Assembly: GCF_902713615.1 (NCBI RefSeq)
Contig: NW_024056025.1
Coordinates: 646,657 to 710,656, forward strand
From: Scyliorhinus canicula
Lineage: Eukaryota
Direction: 5' to 3'
DNA length: 64,000 bases
Of this stretch, positions 1-11,715 are shown piece by piece. Both the position numbers and the translations under genes were made by a program. The notes beneath the pieces are model-generated. The model was not told where the DNA came from. It made no database searches and saw only the letters and a list, made by a program, of their open reading frames with translations. Numbering within the stretch: position 1 is the first letter of the stretch; every line of letters begins with the position of its first letter.

Positions 1-262
1 AGCTGTGTACGTCACAATCCAGCTAACTGAGCTGTGTACGTCAAAGTCCAGCTAGATGAGCTGTGTACGTCACAGTCCAGCTGACTGAGCTGTGAACGTC
101 ACAATCCAGCTGACTGAGTTGTGAACGTCACAATCCAGTTGACTGAGTTGTGTACGTCACAATCCAGCTGACTGAGCTGTGTACGTCACAATCCAGTTGA
201 CTGCGCTGTGTACGTCACAATCCAGCTAACTGAGCTGTGTACGTCACAATCCAGCTAACTGA
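1..262. repeat. 29-bp tandem repeat (about 9 units, truncated by the window edge), AGCT-rich
   Basis: Unit agctgtgtacgtcacaatccagctaactg repeats with period 29; 13 AGCT tetramers counted by eye in 262 bp. Confidence 0.95.
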
Positions 263-429
263 ATGCACATTTATATAATTACAATAAAACTACATTTGAG
301 TAATTGCAACAGTCTCTAATTTTAGGACCCTGCACATTAACAGCAGGAGGCGGCCATTCGGTCTGTCGAGTCTCCTCCCCATTCAATAAGCTCCTGCCTG
401 TGTTGATTGTGCAGTTAATTTCACATTCC

Positions 430-970
430 GCCTGTCACTGACACCGGGCTGTCTGCAATCCCCCCGCACCCCGCCCCGCGCTCCCTGTGCCGTTCCCGCT
501 GGATTTCTGTACCTTTCTCCTGGTCCCTTCACTTTCTTTTAGCTCTCTGCTCTTTTTCACGGCTCTCTGCGCTTTCCTCCGCATCTCTGCACTTTCTCTC
601 GACTCTGCATTGTCTTCCTGCTCTTTGTGTTTTGCCCATGTGTGCTGCACTTTTCCCAGTTCATTGTGCTTTTCCCGGTTCCTGGCATTTTGTGCGGGCT
701 TTCTGAGCTTTTCACCAGCACGGTTCGCTTTACCCCGATTCTTATCGCTTATGACCCACTCCATGGATTTCCCTCCGGCTCTCTGCTACTCCACCGGCTC
801 TCTGCGCCTTCCCCCGGTTCTCTGCTCCTTCCCCCGGCTGTCTGCACTTTCCTCCGGCTCCCGGCAATCCCGTGTCATGCAGCCACAATCGGGCGCCACT
901 CGTCATCAGCTTCGTTCCAGTTCTCCATTCCTCCCCCGTTGCAGACGCTCCCGTGCCCATTTCCTGAGCA
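430..970. repeat. Pyrimidine-rich low-complexity / degenerate repeat
   Basis: Recurrent ttcccccggctctctgc-like motifs; the overlapping ORFs in several frames are compositionally biased. Confidence 0.5.
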
Positions 971-974
971 TCAG

Positions 975-3900
975 TGAGAGAGGATGTGTGAGTAAGTGAG
1001 GAGGGTAGGAGTGTGAGTGTGGGTGAGTGAGTGAGTGAGGGTAGGAGAGTGCGGGTGAGTGAGTGAGGGTAGGAGAGTGAGTGTGGGTGAGTGAGTAACT
1101 GAGTGAGGGTAGGAGAGTGAGTGCAGTTGAGTGAGTAACTGAGTGAGGATAGGAGAGTGAGTGAGTAACTGAGTGAGGTTGGGAGAGTGAGTGCGGTTGA
1201 GTGAGTAACTGAGTGAGGATAGGAGAGTGAGTGAGTAACTGAGTGAGGGTGGGAGAGTGAGTGCGCGTGAGTGAGTAACTGAGTGAAGATAGGAGAGTGA
1301 GTGCGGGTGAGTGAGTAACTGAGTGAGGGTAGGAGAGTGAGCGTGGGTGAGTGGGTAACTGAGTGAGGGTAGGAGAGTGAAGGTGGGTGAGTGAGTAACT
1401 GTGTGAGGATAGGAGAGTGAATGCGGGTGAGTGAGTAACTGAGTGAGGGTAGGAGAGTGAGTGTGGGTGAGTGGGTAACTGAGTGAGGGTAGGAGAGTGA
1501 GTGTGGGTGAGTGAGTAACTGAGTGAGGGTAGGGGAGTGACTGTGGGTGAGTGGGTAACTGAGTGAAGGTAGGAGAGTGAGTGCGGCTGAGTGAGTAACA
1601 GAGTGAGGATAGGAGAGTGAGTGTGGGTGAGTGGGTAACTGAGTGAGGGTAGGAGAGTGAGTGTGGGTGAGTGGGTAACTGAGTGAGGGTAGGAGAGTGA
1701 GTGCAGGTGCGTGAGTAACTGAGTGAAGATAGGAGAGTGAGTGCGGGTGAGTGAGTAACTGAGTGAGGGTAGAAGAGTGAGTGTGGGTGAGTGGGTAACT
1801 GAGTGAGGGTAGGAGAATGAGTGCGGGTGAGTGAGTAACTGAATGAAGGTAGGAGAGTGAGTGTGGGTGAGTGAGTAACTGAGTGAGGGTAGGAGAGTGA
1901 GTGCGGGTGAGTGAGTAACTGAGTGAGGGTAGGAGAGTGAGTGCGGTTGAGTGAGTAACTTAGTGAGGGTAGGAGAATGAGTGCTGGTGAGTGAGTACCT
2001 GAGTAACGGTTGGAGTGTGGATGAGTGGGAGAGAATGGGTGGTTGATGGAGTGAGGGTAAATGGGTGAGGGTATGTCACTCAAGGTGGCTGGGTCTGGAT
2101 GGGTAAGGGACAGTGAGTGAGAGGTGGAGAATAAGTGAGGCTGGCTGAGTGAGGCTGGGAGGGTGAGTTTGTGAGTGAAGGTGTGCAGTGAACGTGAGAG
2201 TGAAGGTGACTGAGTGAGGGTGGGTGAGGGAGGGTGAATGAATGAGAGTGCATTAGTGAGGGTGAATGACTGAGGGTGAATGAGAGAGGGTGAATGAGTG
2301 AGGGTGATTGAGTGAGGGTGATTGAGTGAGGGTGATTGAGTGAGGGTGAATGAGTGAGGGTGAATGAGTGAGGCTGAATGAGTGAGGGTGATTGAGTGAG
2401 GGTGAGTGAGTGAGGGTGAGTGAGCCAGGAGTGTACGTGACAGTTAGCGGGTGAGTGAGGGTGAGTGATTGAATGAAAGTGGCTGCATGAGTGAGTGAAT
2501 GTTAGAGAATGAGGGTAATTGAATGAGGTTGGGTGAGTGAGTTAATGAGAGTGAGTGTGAGGATGAGTGAGTGTGAGTAAGGGTGGGTGAGTGAGTGAAG
2601 GTAAGTGAATGAGAGTGGGTGAGGGTGTGAGGGTGAGTGAGAGTGGGTGAAAGAGGGTGGGTGCATGAGTGTGCGTAAGTGAGGGTGGCTCTGTGAGGGT
2701 GTGTGAGGGAACATGAGAGAGGGTGTGTGAATGAGGATGGGCGAGATTGTGAGTGAAGGCGCATGGGAAATGGTGGGTGAGAGACGCTTTGTGAGTGAGG
2801 CTGTGTGAGTGAGGCTGTATGAGTGAGGCTGTGTCAGTGAGGCTGTGTGAGTGAGGCTGTGTGAGTGAGGGTGTGTGAGTGAGGCTGTGTGAGTGAGGGT
2901 GTGTGTGTGAGGCTGTGTGAGGGAGGGTGTGTGGGTGAGGCTGTGTGAGTGAGGCTGTGTGAGTGAGGGTGTGTGAGTGAGGCTGTGTGAATGAGGCTGT
3001 GTCTGTGAGTGTGGGTGTGTGAGTGAGGGTGTGTGAGTGAGGGTGTGTGAGTGAGGGTGTGTGAGTGAGGCTGTGTGAGTGAGGGTGTGTGTGTGAGGCT
3101 GTGTGAGTGAGGCTGTGTGAGTGAGGCTGTGTGAGTGAGGCTGTGTGAGTGAGGCTGTGTGAGTGAGGGTGTGTGAGTGAGGCTGTGTGAGTGAGGCTGT
3201 GTGGGTGAGGCTGTGTGAGTGAGGCTGTGTGAGTGAGGCTGTGTGAGTGAGGGTGTGTGAATGAGGGTGTGTGAGTGAGCGTGTGTGAGTGAGGGTGTGT
3301 GTGTGAGGGTGTGTGAGTGAGGCTGTGTGAGTGAGGGTGTGTGAGTGAGGGTGTGTGAGTGAGGGTGTGTGAGGGAGGGTGTGTGAGTGAGGCTGTGTGA
3401 GTGAGGCTGTGTGAGTGAGGCTGTGTGAGTGAGGGTGTGTGAGTGAGGGTGTGTGAGTGAGGGTGTGTGAGTGAGGGTGTGTGAGTGAGGGTGTGTGAGT
3501 GTGGGTGTGTGAGTGAGGGTGTGTGAGTGAGGGTGTGTGAGTGAGGGTAGCGTGAGTGAGGCTGTGTGAGTGAGGGTGTGTGAATGAGGGTGTGTGAATG
3601 AGTGTGGGTGAATGAGAGTGAGTGATTCATGTTGGGCTAGCAAGTGTGAGTCAATGAGTGTGAGAGAGTGATGGTGAGTGAGGGTGTTATAGTGAGTGAG
3701 GCTGTTTGAGTGAGTGAAGTTGTGAGAGTGAGGGTGTGTGAGTGAGGCTGTGTGAGTGAGGCTGTGTGAATGAGGCTGTGTGGGTGAGGCTGTGTGAGTG
3801 AGGGTGTGTGAGTGAGGCTGTGTGAGTGAGGCTGTGTGAGTGAGACTGTGTGAGTGAGAGTGTGTGAGTGAGGGTGGGTGAGTGAGGATGTGCGAGTGAG

Positions 3901-6900
3901 GGTGTGTGAGTGAGGCTGTGTGAGTGAGGGTGTGTGAGTGAGGCTGTGCGAGTGAGGCTGTCTGAGTGAGGCTGTGTCTGTGAGTGAGGGTGTGTGAGTG
4001 AGGGTGTGTGAGTGAGGCTGTGTGAGTGAGGGTGTGTGAGTGAGGCTGTGTGAGTGAGGGTGTGTGAGTGAGGCTGTGTGAGTGAGGCTGTGTGAGTGAG
4101 GGTGTATGAGTGAGGCTGTGTGAGTGAGACTGTGTGAGTGAGGGTAGTGAGTGAGGCTGTGTGAGTGAGGTTGTGTGAGTGAGGGTGTGTGAGTGAGGCT
4201 GTGTGAGTGAGGCTGTGTGAGTGAGGGTGTATGAGTGAGGCTGTGTGAGTGAGACTGTGTGAGTGAGAGTGTGTGAGTGAGGGTGGGTGAGTGAGGATGT
4301 GCGAGTGAGGGTGTGTGAGTGAGGCTGTGTGAGTGAGGGTGTGTGAGTGAGGCTGTGTGAGTGAGGCTGTCTGAGTGAGGCTGTGTCTGTGAGTGAGGGT
4401 GTGTGAGTGAGGGTGTGTGAGTGAGGCTGTGTGAGTGAGGGTGTGTGAGTGAGGCTGTGTGAGTGAGGCTGTGTGAGTGAGGGTGTATGAGTGAGGCTGT
4501 GTGAGTGAGACTGTGTGAGTGAGGGTAGTGAGTGAGGCTGTGTGAGTGAGGCTGTGTGAGTGAGGGTGTGTGAGTGAGGCTGTGTGAGTGAGGCTGTGTG
4601 AGTGAGGGTGTATGAGTGAGGCTGTGTGAGTGAGACTGTGTGAGTGAGGGTGTGTGAGTGAGGGTGTGTGAGTGAGGGTGTGTGAGTGAGGCTGTGTGAG
4701 TGAGGCTGTGTGAATGAGGCTGTGTGGGTGAGGGTGTGTGAGTGAGGGTGTGTGAGTGAGGCTGTGTGAGTGAGGCTGTGTGAGTGAGGCTGTGTGAGCG
4801 AGGGTGTGTGAGTGAGGGTGTGTGAGTAAGGCTGTTTGAGTGAGGGTGTGTGACTGAGGGTGTGTGAGTGAGGCTGTGTGAGTGAGGCTGTGTGAGTGAG
4901 GGTGTGTGAGTGAGGCTGTGTGAGTGAGGGTGTGTGAGTGAGGCTGTGTGAGTGAGGCTGTGTGAGTGAGGGTGTGTGAGTGAGGCTGTGTGAGTGAGGC
5001 TGTGTGAGTGAGTCTGTGTGAGTGAGGCTGTGTGAGTGAGGGTGGGTGAGTGAGGCTGTGTGAATGAGGCTGTGTGAGTGACGGTAGTGAGTGAGGCATG
5101 TGTGAGTGAGGCTGTGGGTGTGAGGGTGTGTGAGTGATGGTGTGTGAGTGAGGCTGTGTGAGTGAGCCTGTGTGAGTGAGCCTGTGTGAGTGAGGCTGTG
5201 TGAGTGAGGCTGTGTGAGTGAGGCTGTGTGAGTGAGGCTGTGTGAATGAGGCTGTGTGAGTGACGGTAGTGAGTGAGGCATGTGTGAGTGAGGCTGTGGG
5301 AGTGAGGGTAGTGAGTGAGGCTGTGTGAGTGAGGCTTTGTGAGTGAGGCTGTGTCTGTGAGTGAGGGTGTGTGAGTGAGGCTGTGTGTGTGAGGCTGTGT
5401 GAGTGAGGCTGTGTGTGTGAGTGAGGGAGTGTGAGTGAGGCTGTGTGAGTGAGGCTGTGTGAGTGAGGGTGTGTGAGTGAGGCTGTGTGAGTGAGGGTGT
5501 GTGAGTGAGGCTGTGTGAGTGAGGGTGTGTGAGTCAGGCTGTGTGAGTAAGGGCAGTGAGTGAGTGTGTGTGAGTGAGGGTGTGTGAGTGAGGGTGTGTG
5601 AGTGAGGCTGTGTGAGTGAGGCTGTGTGAATGAGGGTAGTGAATGAGTGTGTGTGAGTGAGGCTGTGTGAGTGAGGGCGGGTGAGTGAGGCTGTGTGAGT
5701 GAGGCTGTGTGAGTGAGGCTGTGTGCGTGAGGGTGTGTGAATGAGGCTGTGTGAGTGATGGTAGTGAGTCAGGGTGGGTGAATGCGAGATGATGGGTGAG
5801 TGATGGTGGGTGTAATGTTGAGTGAGTGGAGCTGAATTAGGGTAGTTTACTGAGGGTGGCTGAGTGAGTGAGAGAGTGAGTGAGGTGAGTGATTGAGGGT
5901 GTCAGTGAGGTTGAGTGAATGAGAGTTGGGAGGGAGAGTGGGTGAGTCAGTGTGTTAGTGAGTGTGGGTGACTGAGTGAGGGTAAGTTACTGAATTAAGG
6001 TAATTGAGGGTGGGTGGGTGGGTGAACGAGGGTGAGTAAGTGAGGGCAGTTTGAGTGCGGGTGAGTGAGCATGGGTTGGTGAGGGTAAGTGAATGAGGGT
6101 GAGTGTGTGAAGGTGTGTGACTGAGCGTGAGTAAGTGAGGGTGGGTGGGTGAGGGTAAGTGAATGAGGGTGAGTGTGTGAGGCTGTCTGACTGAGGGTGA
6201 GTAAGTGAGGGTGTGTGGGTGAACGAGGGTGAGTAAGTGAGAGCAGAGTGAATGAGGGTGAGTAAGCATGGGTGGGTGAAGGTAAGTGAATGAGGGTGAG
6301 TGTGTGAAGGTGTGTGACTGAGCGTGAGTAAGTGAGGGTTGGTGGGTGAGTGAGTGAGGGTGAGTGAGTGAGGATGGGTGGGTGAGTGAGTGAGGGTGAG
6401 TGAGTGAGGATGGGTGATTAATTGAGCTGAGAGTCTGAATGAGGATGAATGAGGGTGGGTGTGTTAAGCTGAGTGAGGGTGAGTGCGTGGGTGGGTTACT
6501 GAATGAAGGTGAATGAGGGTCGGTAGGTGAATGAATGAGGGTGGGTGAGCGAGGAAGAGTGAGTGAGGGAGGATGAATGAGGGTGAGTGATGACGGTTGT
6601 GTGAAGGTGTGTGGCTGAGGGTGAATGAGTAAGGGTGACTGAGTGAGGTTCCATGACTGAGGATTAGTGAGGATGCGTGAGGGTGGGTGTGTGAGGCTGA
6701 GTGAGTGAGGGTGGGTGAGTGAATCAGTGTCAGTGACTAAGCTGGAGTGAGGGTGTGTGAATGAGTGCGGGTGAATGAGAGTGAGCAATTTATGTTGGGC
6801 TAGCAAGTGTGAGTCAATGAGTTTGAGAGAGTGATGGTGAGTGAGGGTGTTATAGTGAGTGAGGCTGTTTGAGTGAGTGAGGTTGTGAGAGTGAGGGGAG

Positions 6901-7037
6901 TGAGTGAGTGAGGGTGTGTGAGTGAGGGGGTGTGAGTGAGGCTGTGTGAGTGAGGCTGTGTGAGTGAGGGTGTGTGAGTGAGGATGTGTGTGAGGCTGTG
7001 TGAGTGAAGCTGTGTGAGTGAGGCTGTGTGAGTGAGC
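975..7037. repeat. 6-kb G/T-rich compound satellite
   Basis: 40-bp unit gagtgagggtaggagagtgagtgtgggtgagtgagtaact (~1060-2000), 12-bp gagtgagggtga(a/t)t (~2270-2420), 16-bp gtgagtgagg(c/g)tgtgt (~2780-5760 and ~6900-7035), with degenerate stretches between. The plus strand is strongly C-poor. Confidence 0.97.
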
Positions 7038-9059
7038 CATTAAATAGATCAAGGACTGCCATATAACCCAATAAATCGCTCTCTGCAGTGCCGAATCGAA
7101 AATTCCCAAGACCGATATATCACTGCTTAAAAATCAACCAAATCTCCTTCTCCAGCCTGCCTGGCGTTGCTGAATTCTTTCTGACTGTCATTATCTGGGT
7201 TTGGAATCCCCTTTCTGAGTCGCCTAGTCAAACATCAAGTACAATTTCCACTTTTCACACATACACAAGTTTTATTGAAGGGCTTGATCAAATTGCACTC
7301 CCTGAAATACTGGAAAATGAAGCAGAAGATTTACAACCAATCAGGAAGATTCCTGGTCCCAGCACAGTGACCGCGCGCACAGAAACTGAACAGACACACA
7401 TGGCAACAATCGAGTTCCAGCAGATAGATCTGTTCAATCTGTCAGTTTCATGAAACTGTTTGATTCTAATTTATCAATGGTCAACTTCCGACAACAATAA
7501 TTTAGTGACTTATTTGAAATTAAACTGACATTAATTTCAGAACTGCATTCGGTTTTTAACTATTTCTGTCTGTCTATCTCAAAACTCGACAATTGGGCAA
7601 AAAGTAGTTTTGCTGAAAATGAGCAGATTAAATATTACAGAGTCAGGGTAGATTAATGACAGAATAGAGACTCAGTGACAGGGCAATAATTAAACAAACC
7701 AGGAAATATTCACATTATCCACTGATATGATCTAAAAACACAATTAAATGTAATCAGAAAAATAATCAGGGCAAAAGAATGTAATCAGTAAAATAATTGA
7801 GCTGCACACAGCAGTATAAAGAAATGTATGGTTTCCTCAATTAATTTCAGATATTATTAAAATTCTCTAAAACATTTGAGATATTGCACGCCAGGATACA
7901 ACTCAATTGTAGGAGATCATTTATGTTGAATTAATTCGCACTGATATTGTATTGTAAGTTATTGTTAATTGTCAGCTAATTCTTTATTCGATTATCGGTA
8001 CTATAATAATAAATATAATAAAAATAGCATTCAATAATCTCCAAATTGTTTTTACCCAGAGCTTTCTGAAATAATTGGGGTTTAATTAAAACAACCTGAC
8101 AATCAAACAATGTTGAACAATAAACTCCAAATTACTCGATGGAATCATCTTAACATTTAATTGACTATATTCACATTTCTTTAAACTCCAATTGCTCTAT
8201 TTGACCTACAAATGTGTAAAATATGTTTTCTGAAAACATTGATAAATCATAAACTCGATCTATTCTCAGAAAGTAATGAATATAACGAGAACAGCTCAGT
8301 AATGTTTATTCAAATCATTTGCAAAACTCACCCATTATGAGCAAGTGGAGTCGACAATTTGTTGTTGAATTTAGCATTTAATAAAATTTAAGCCTAAAGC
8401 TAAGATATAATCATTCTTCCTTTCCAATCATCTGTTCTTCCTATAATTCTATCGTGTGTAGAGCACAGCTATGGGAGACAGGATGTCATTATCAAATGCA
8501 AAGCTACTTTTAACCTTTTGTAAATAAATAAACCGGTTTGACATTCAAGCTTTTACTTTTCAATCTCTTGCCATAGACAATCTGAACTTTCCTACAATAC
8601 AAATAAAATCATCAGAACAATTCCTTGATTGGCAGCGACTTCCACATCTCAGAAACCTATTTAAGATTAGATTAATGATAATTACCTCGCTATCCAACTA
8701 CGCATTACAGTGAAGGTATAATATGGTTGCAGCGCCACAGAAATAATAGAATAACTGGAATTACAAAGTATTTCCAGCCTAGAAACCTGTCCGGTCAAGT
8801 TAACCTCGTGCGGAACACAGCAGGATTGTGAAAGGTGATTAATTATGAATTATATTAATATATAATAACCTTTGGTTAATATGGAGTTGTATAACCGCAT
8901 TGGAATTGTTTGAATTATATAAATGTTACTATGTTCTGCATGGTCGTTTCAGTCACTATTTCGTTTAATCTGGAAGCATCAGTTAAAATTACAAAATGCA
9001 TCAATATATCTTTATTCGATTATTTTCTTAAGCCTGGCTGTTTTCACCCGACAATCGCC

Positions 9060-10050
9060 CTTCAAGCATTTTCAAACGCGGAGACTGTTTGCATTCAACC
9101 AGAAAACGTGTAACCGCTCAGTGTCACCGAGTTTAAACAATGCAGAAACAATGCAGAAACGCTGCACCGTTTGACAGATCTGAATGATTTAAAGTCACCC
9201 AGATACACAATCCCCTCAGCAGAACAAAACACTAAATTACATCAATGAAGGACTGAAACCCGTTTATGGAGAAGCAGCTCAATTCTACACCGAACTGGAT
9301 CAAACTTAATATTGCAAGAAAATATCAATATCCAGCAAACCAGCTAGTCACCAAATGTATGAATTATTAAACTAAACAGAAATGTGGAATAACAGCAATA
9401 GCATTGCGAGGTGCTCGAATATTAACAACAAATAAATATTGAAACGTAACCATTTTTTTCATACTGAGTCATTTTTCAAACACATTTAATGCTTTTAATG
9501 TTTGCAGTTGATGGTAAAAGCTGCAATCATCAGATGCCACGGAGATTTAAATTTGCACAAACGGCAAACTGATTGCAGCAACAACTTGTGCTCGGAAAGG
9601 ATTGTCGTCGAACGTGGCTTAGTTTAATCTGCAATTTTCACTTTTTTTCAAGATGCAGAAACAGCCTCCCTGTTCTCTGCCGACAATCCAGCGACAAGCA
9701 GTTTCAAACACGCAGACTCTGCATTCAATCACAAACCGTGTAACCGCTCAGTGTCACCGAGTTGAAACAATACAGACACACCAAACCGTTTCACAAACTT
9801 TCCTACACAAAGTCACCCAAAAACATTCCGCAGCAGGAAAACACCAAATCACATCACTGAAGGAGTGAAACATCATAGAGAAGCAGCTCAATTCTACAAA
9901 ACACTTCCAAAAGAATCGAATGTAACATTGCAAGAAAATCTCAATTTAGAATGCACCAAACCCTCATGTCATCAAATGAATGAACAGTAAACTAAACAGA
10001 AAACTTGAATGATATCATCAGCACTTTCAGTAAGCAGAACATGTTCAATA
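9060..10050. repeat. Imperfect direct duplication, period about 610-630 bp, downstream of JH
   Basis: gtaaccgctcagtgtcaccgagtt at ~9111 and ~9740; gagaagcagctcaattctaca at ~9269 and ~9878; taaactaaacagaaa at ~9368 and ~9988. Confidence 0.75.
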
Positions 10051-10448
10051 AGATAATACAGAAACTTTAGCACATTTTATCAATGTTGGGGTCGATCTCA
10101 TACACTTGTGCGGAAGACGGTACAAACTGCAGACATTAGATAGAACCGAGATTAAACATCGGACAAACAGACGTTTTGTATTTAAAGTAACCGAACCACA
10201 CAGTATCCTCAGCAAATAAACATTAGATCACAGCAACCAGCGACTCATCCCTGAGCAGTATCTTTCTGTCAAGAAACCGCGGGATTCTATATCCCCCTTT
10301 CAGCAGAATCAAATGAAACATTGCAACGACATCTGAATACATGATCCACCAAAACACATTTCAGTGAACGAATGGATTTTGAAAATGCAGAAAAATATAA
10401 AACAAATACTCAAGTAAAACAGTTGGTAAATGACGGAATGGTTCTTAC

Positions 10449-10496
10449 CTGCAGTCACCGTCACCATGGTGCCTTGTCCCCAGTAGCCCATGATGT
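10449..10496 (-). CDS. IGHJ: Immunoglobulin heavy-chain J segment (IMGYWGQGTMVTVTA)
   Basis: WGQG motif, 48 nt, followed by a GTAAG splice donor in phase 1 (GT at 10448-10447) and preceded by a 23-RSS. Confidence 0.97.
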
Positions 10497-10535
10497 CACA
10501 GTGTCACATTCCCTGGGCTGCTCCATACAATAACC
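10497..10535 (-). other. JH recombination signal sequence, 23-bp spacer
   Basis: Plus-strand CACAGTG (10497-10503), 23 nt, ACAATAACC (10527-10535). Confidence 0.95.
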
Positions 10536-10857
10536 GCACCTGCATAAAATAGACAGAAATCCACCATTATTTTAAATATTCACAAACCAACAGTAAAGAA
10601 AATTCACGATTAATTTTCAGGAAATTATATTAATATTTGTGGATACCGTTCTCTCTTCATAAATGACCGAATGTTTTATATTTCACAGACATGGAAATGT
10701 TATTGAAAACACCAATTGTGACTAAATAACGACCACCAATTTTCCACATTAATTCTTATTACTTAGGCAGTGATGGACATAATTAATGCTTCACTGTGAA
10801 TAAAGTTGGATTGTAAAAGCGAGCACTGAGCTAGCCTCAGTTAATTAGTGCTGAGGG

Positions 10858-10921
10858 GCTTTTTGTATTGACAGTAACTGCTGTGCCAGGTATCACAGTG
10901 AGACACAGCGTGTCAAATACT
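10858..10921 (-). other. IGHD: IgH D2 segment (coding 10886-10893, minus strand ATACCTGG) flanked by 12/12 RSSs
   Basis: GCTTTTTGT-12-TGCTGTG [ccaggtat] CACAGTG-12-TCAAATACT; sits between D1 and JH as in shark V-D-D-J clusters. Confidence 0.9.
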
Positions 10922-11225
10922 GCGGCAGACGGTTAACTATAAAATACAGAGATTTAATTTCACTGCTCACACAAAAAACTAACTCTGTCTCTTCCAAGGG
11001 CGAATGGGTGAGTTATTTCAGCTTGTCCTGGTCATTACATTTATAATGAGGGTCGGAACACTTTTAAAACCTCTGTGCACAGTCGGTCAACAGTGATAAA
11101 GTGGTAGATTTTTATACCTTTTTGCAAACTAATATTACTTCCAAACGTTGTTTTATTTAAAAATCGTTTACTTTAACGTTGGTGCTGTGACGCTGATCAC
11201 CAATTTGAACAAACTCTTTCACTGA

Positions 11226-11306
11226 GGTTTTTGTATGAGGATGTCGCTGTGCACAGCACTGTGACCCACTGCTGTAGTCACAGTGACAGACACCCGCACA
11301 AAAACT
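11226..11306 (-). other. IGHD: IgH D1 segment (coding 11264-11278, minus strand ACTACAGCAGTGGGT) with a 5' 12-RSS and a 3' 22-RSS
   Basis: GGTTTTTGT-22-CACTGTG [acccactgctgtagt] CACAGTG-12-ACAAAAACT; near-consensus heptamers and nonamers; one frame reads YSSG. Confidence 0.95.
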
Positions 11307-11676
11307 GCACTCACTCTCTGTTCAGTCCTGCCGCTCAATATTCACTTCAAATACACGTTTACTTCTGATCTAATTTACAATTTATACAGCAGTTTATCAA
11401 ATCCAATGTACATAGATTTTCCCAAGTATCAGAAATAATAAAACGATGATTATATACAAGTCTGTAATAGCTGAAACTGTTAACAATAAATATAAACTGA
11501 CACAAGCTCATCCTATTATATCGATTGGTTTGTTCAGTTTTACTGTTTAATTTTCTCTGTGTTAGTTATGTAAGAAGCAGCGTGTGCAATGACTCTGATC
11601 ACTGACATTAATATTACATTTGAATCAAGTGCTGACCTTCAGGTTAAGCTGCAAGTTGCTGAATTCCCTCTCGAGC

Positions 11677-11715
11677 TGTTCTTGTGCGGGTCCAGCCCTG
11701 GTTCCTCTCGCTGTG
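11677..11715 (-). other. VH recombination signal sequence, 23-bp spacer
   Basis: Minus strand CACAGCG (11715-11709), 23 nt, ACAAGAACA (11685-11677), directly after YYCAR-cac. Confidence 0.9.

Noticed and set aside
971-7109. Long His/Thr/Ser/Leu/Pro-rich ORFs (370-815 aa) on the minus strand
   Set aside because: Read-through of a CA-rich satellite that lacks stop codons in several frames; no coding signature.
7363-7387. CACAGTG...ACAGAAACT RSS-like motif
   Set aside because: The spacer is 9 nt, outside 12+/-1, and there is no adjacent coding segment.
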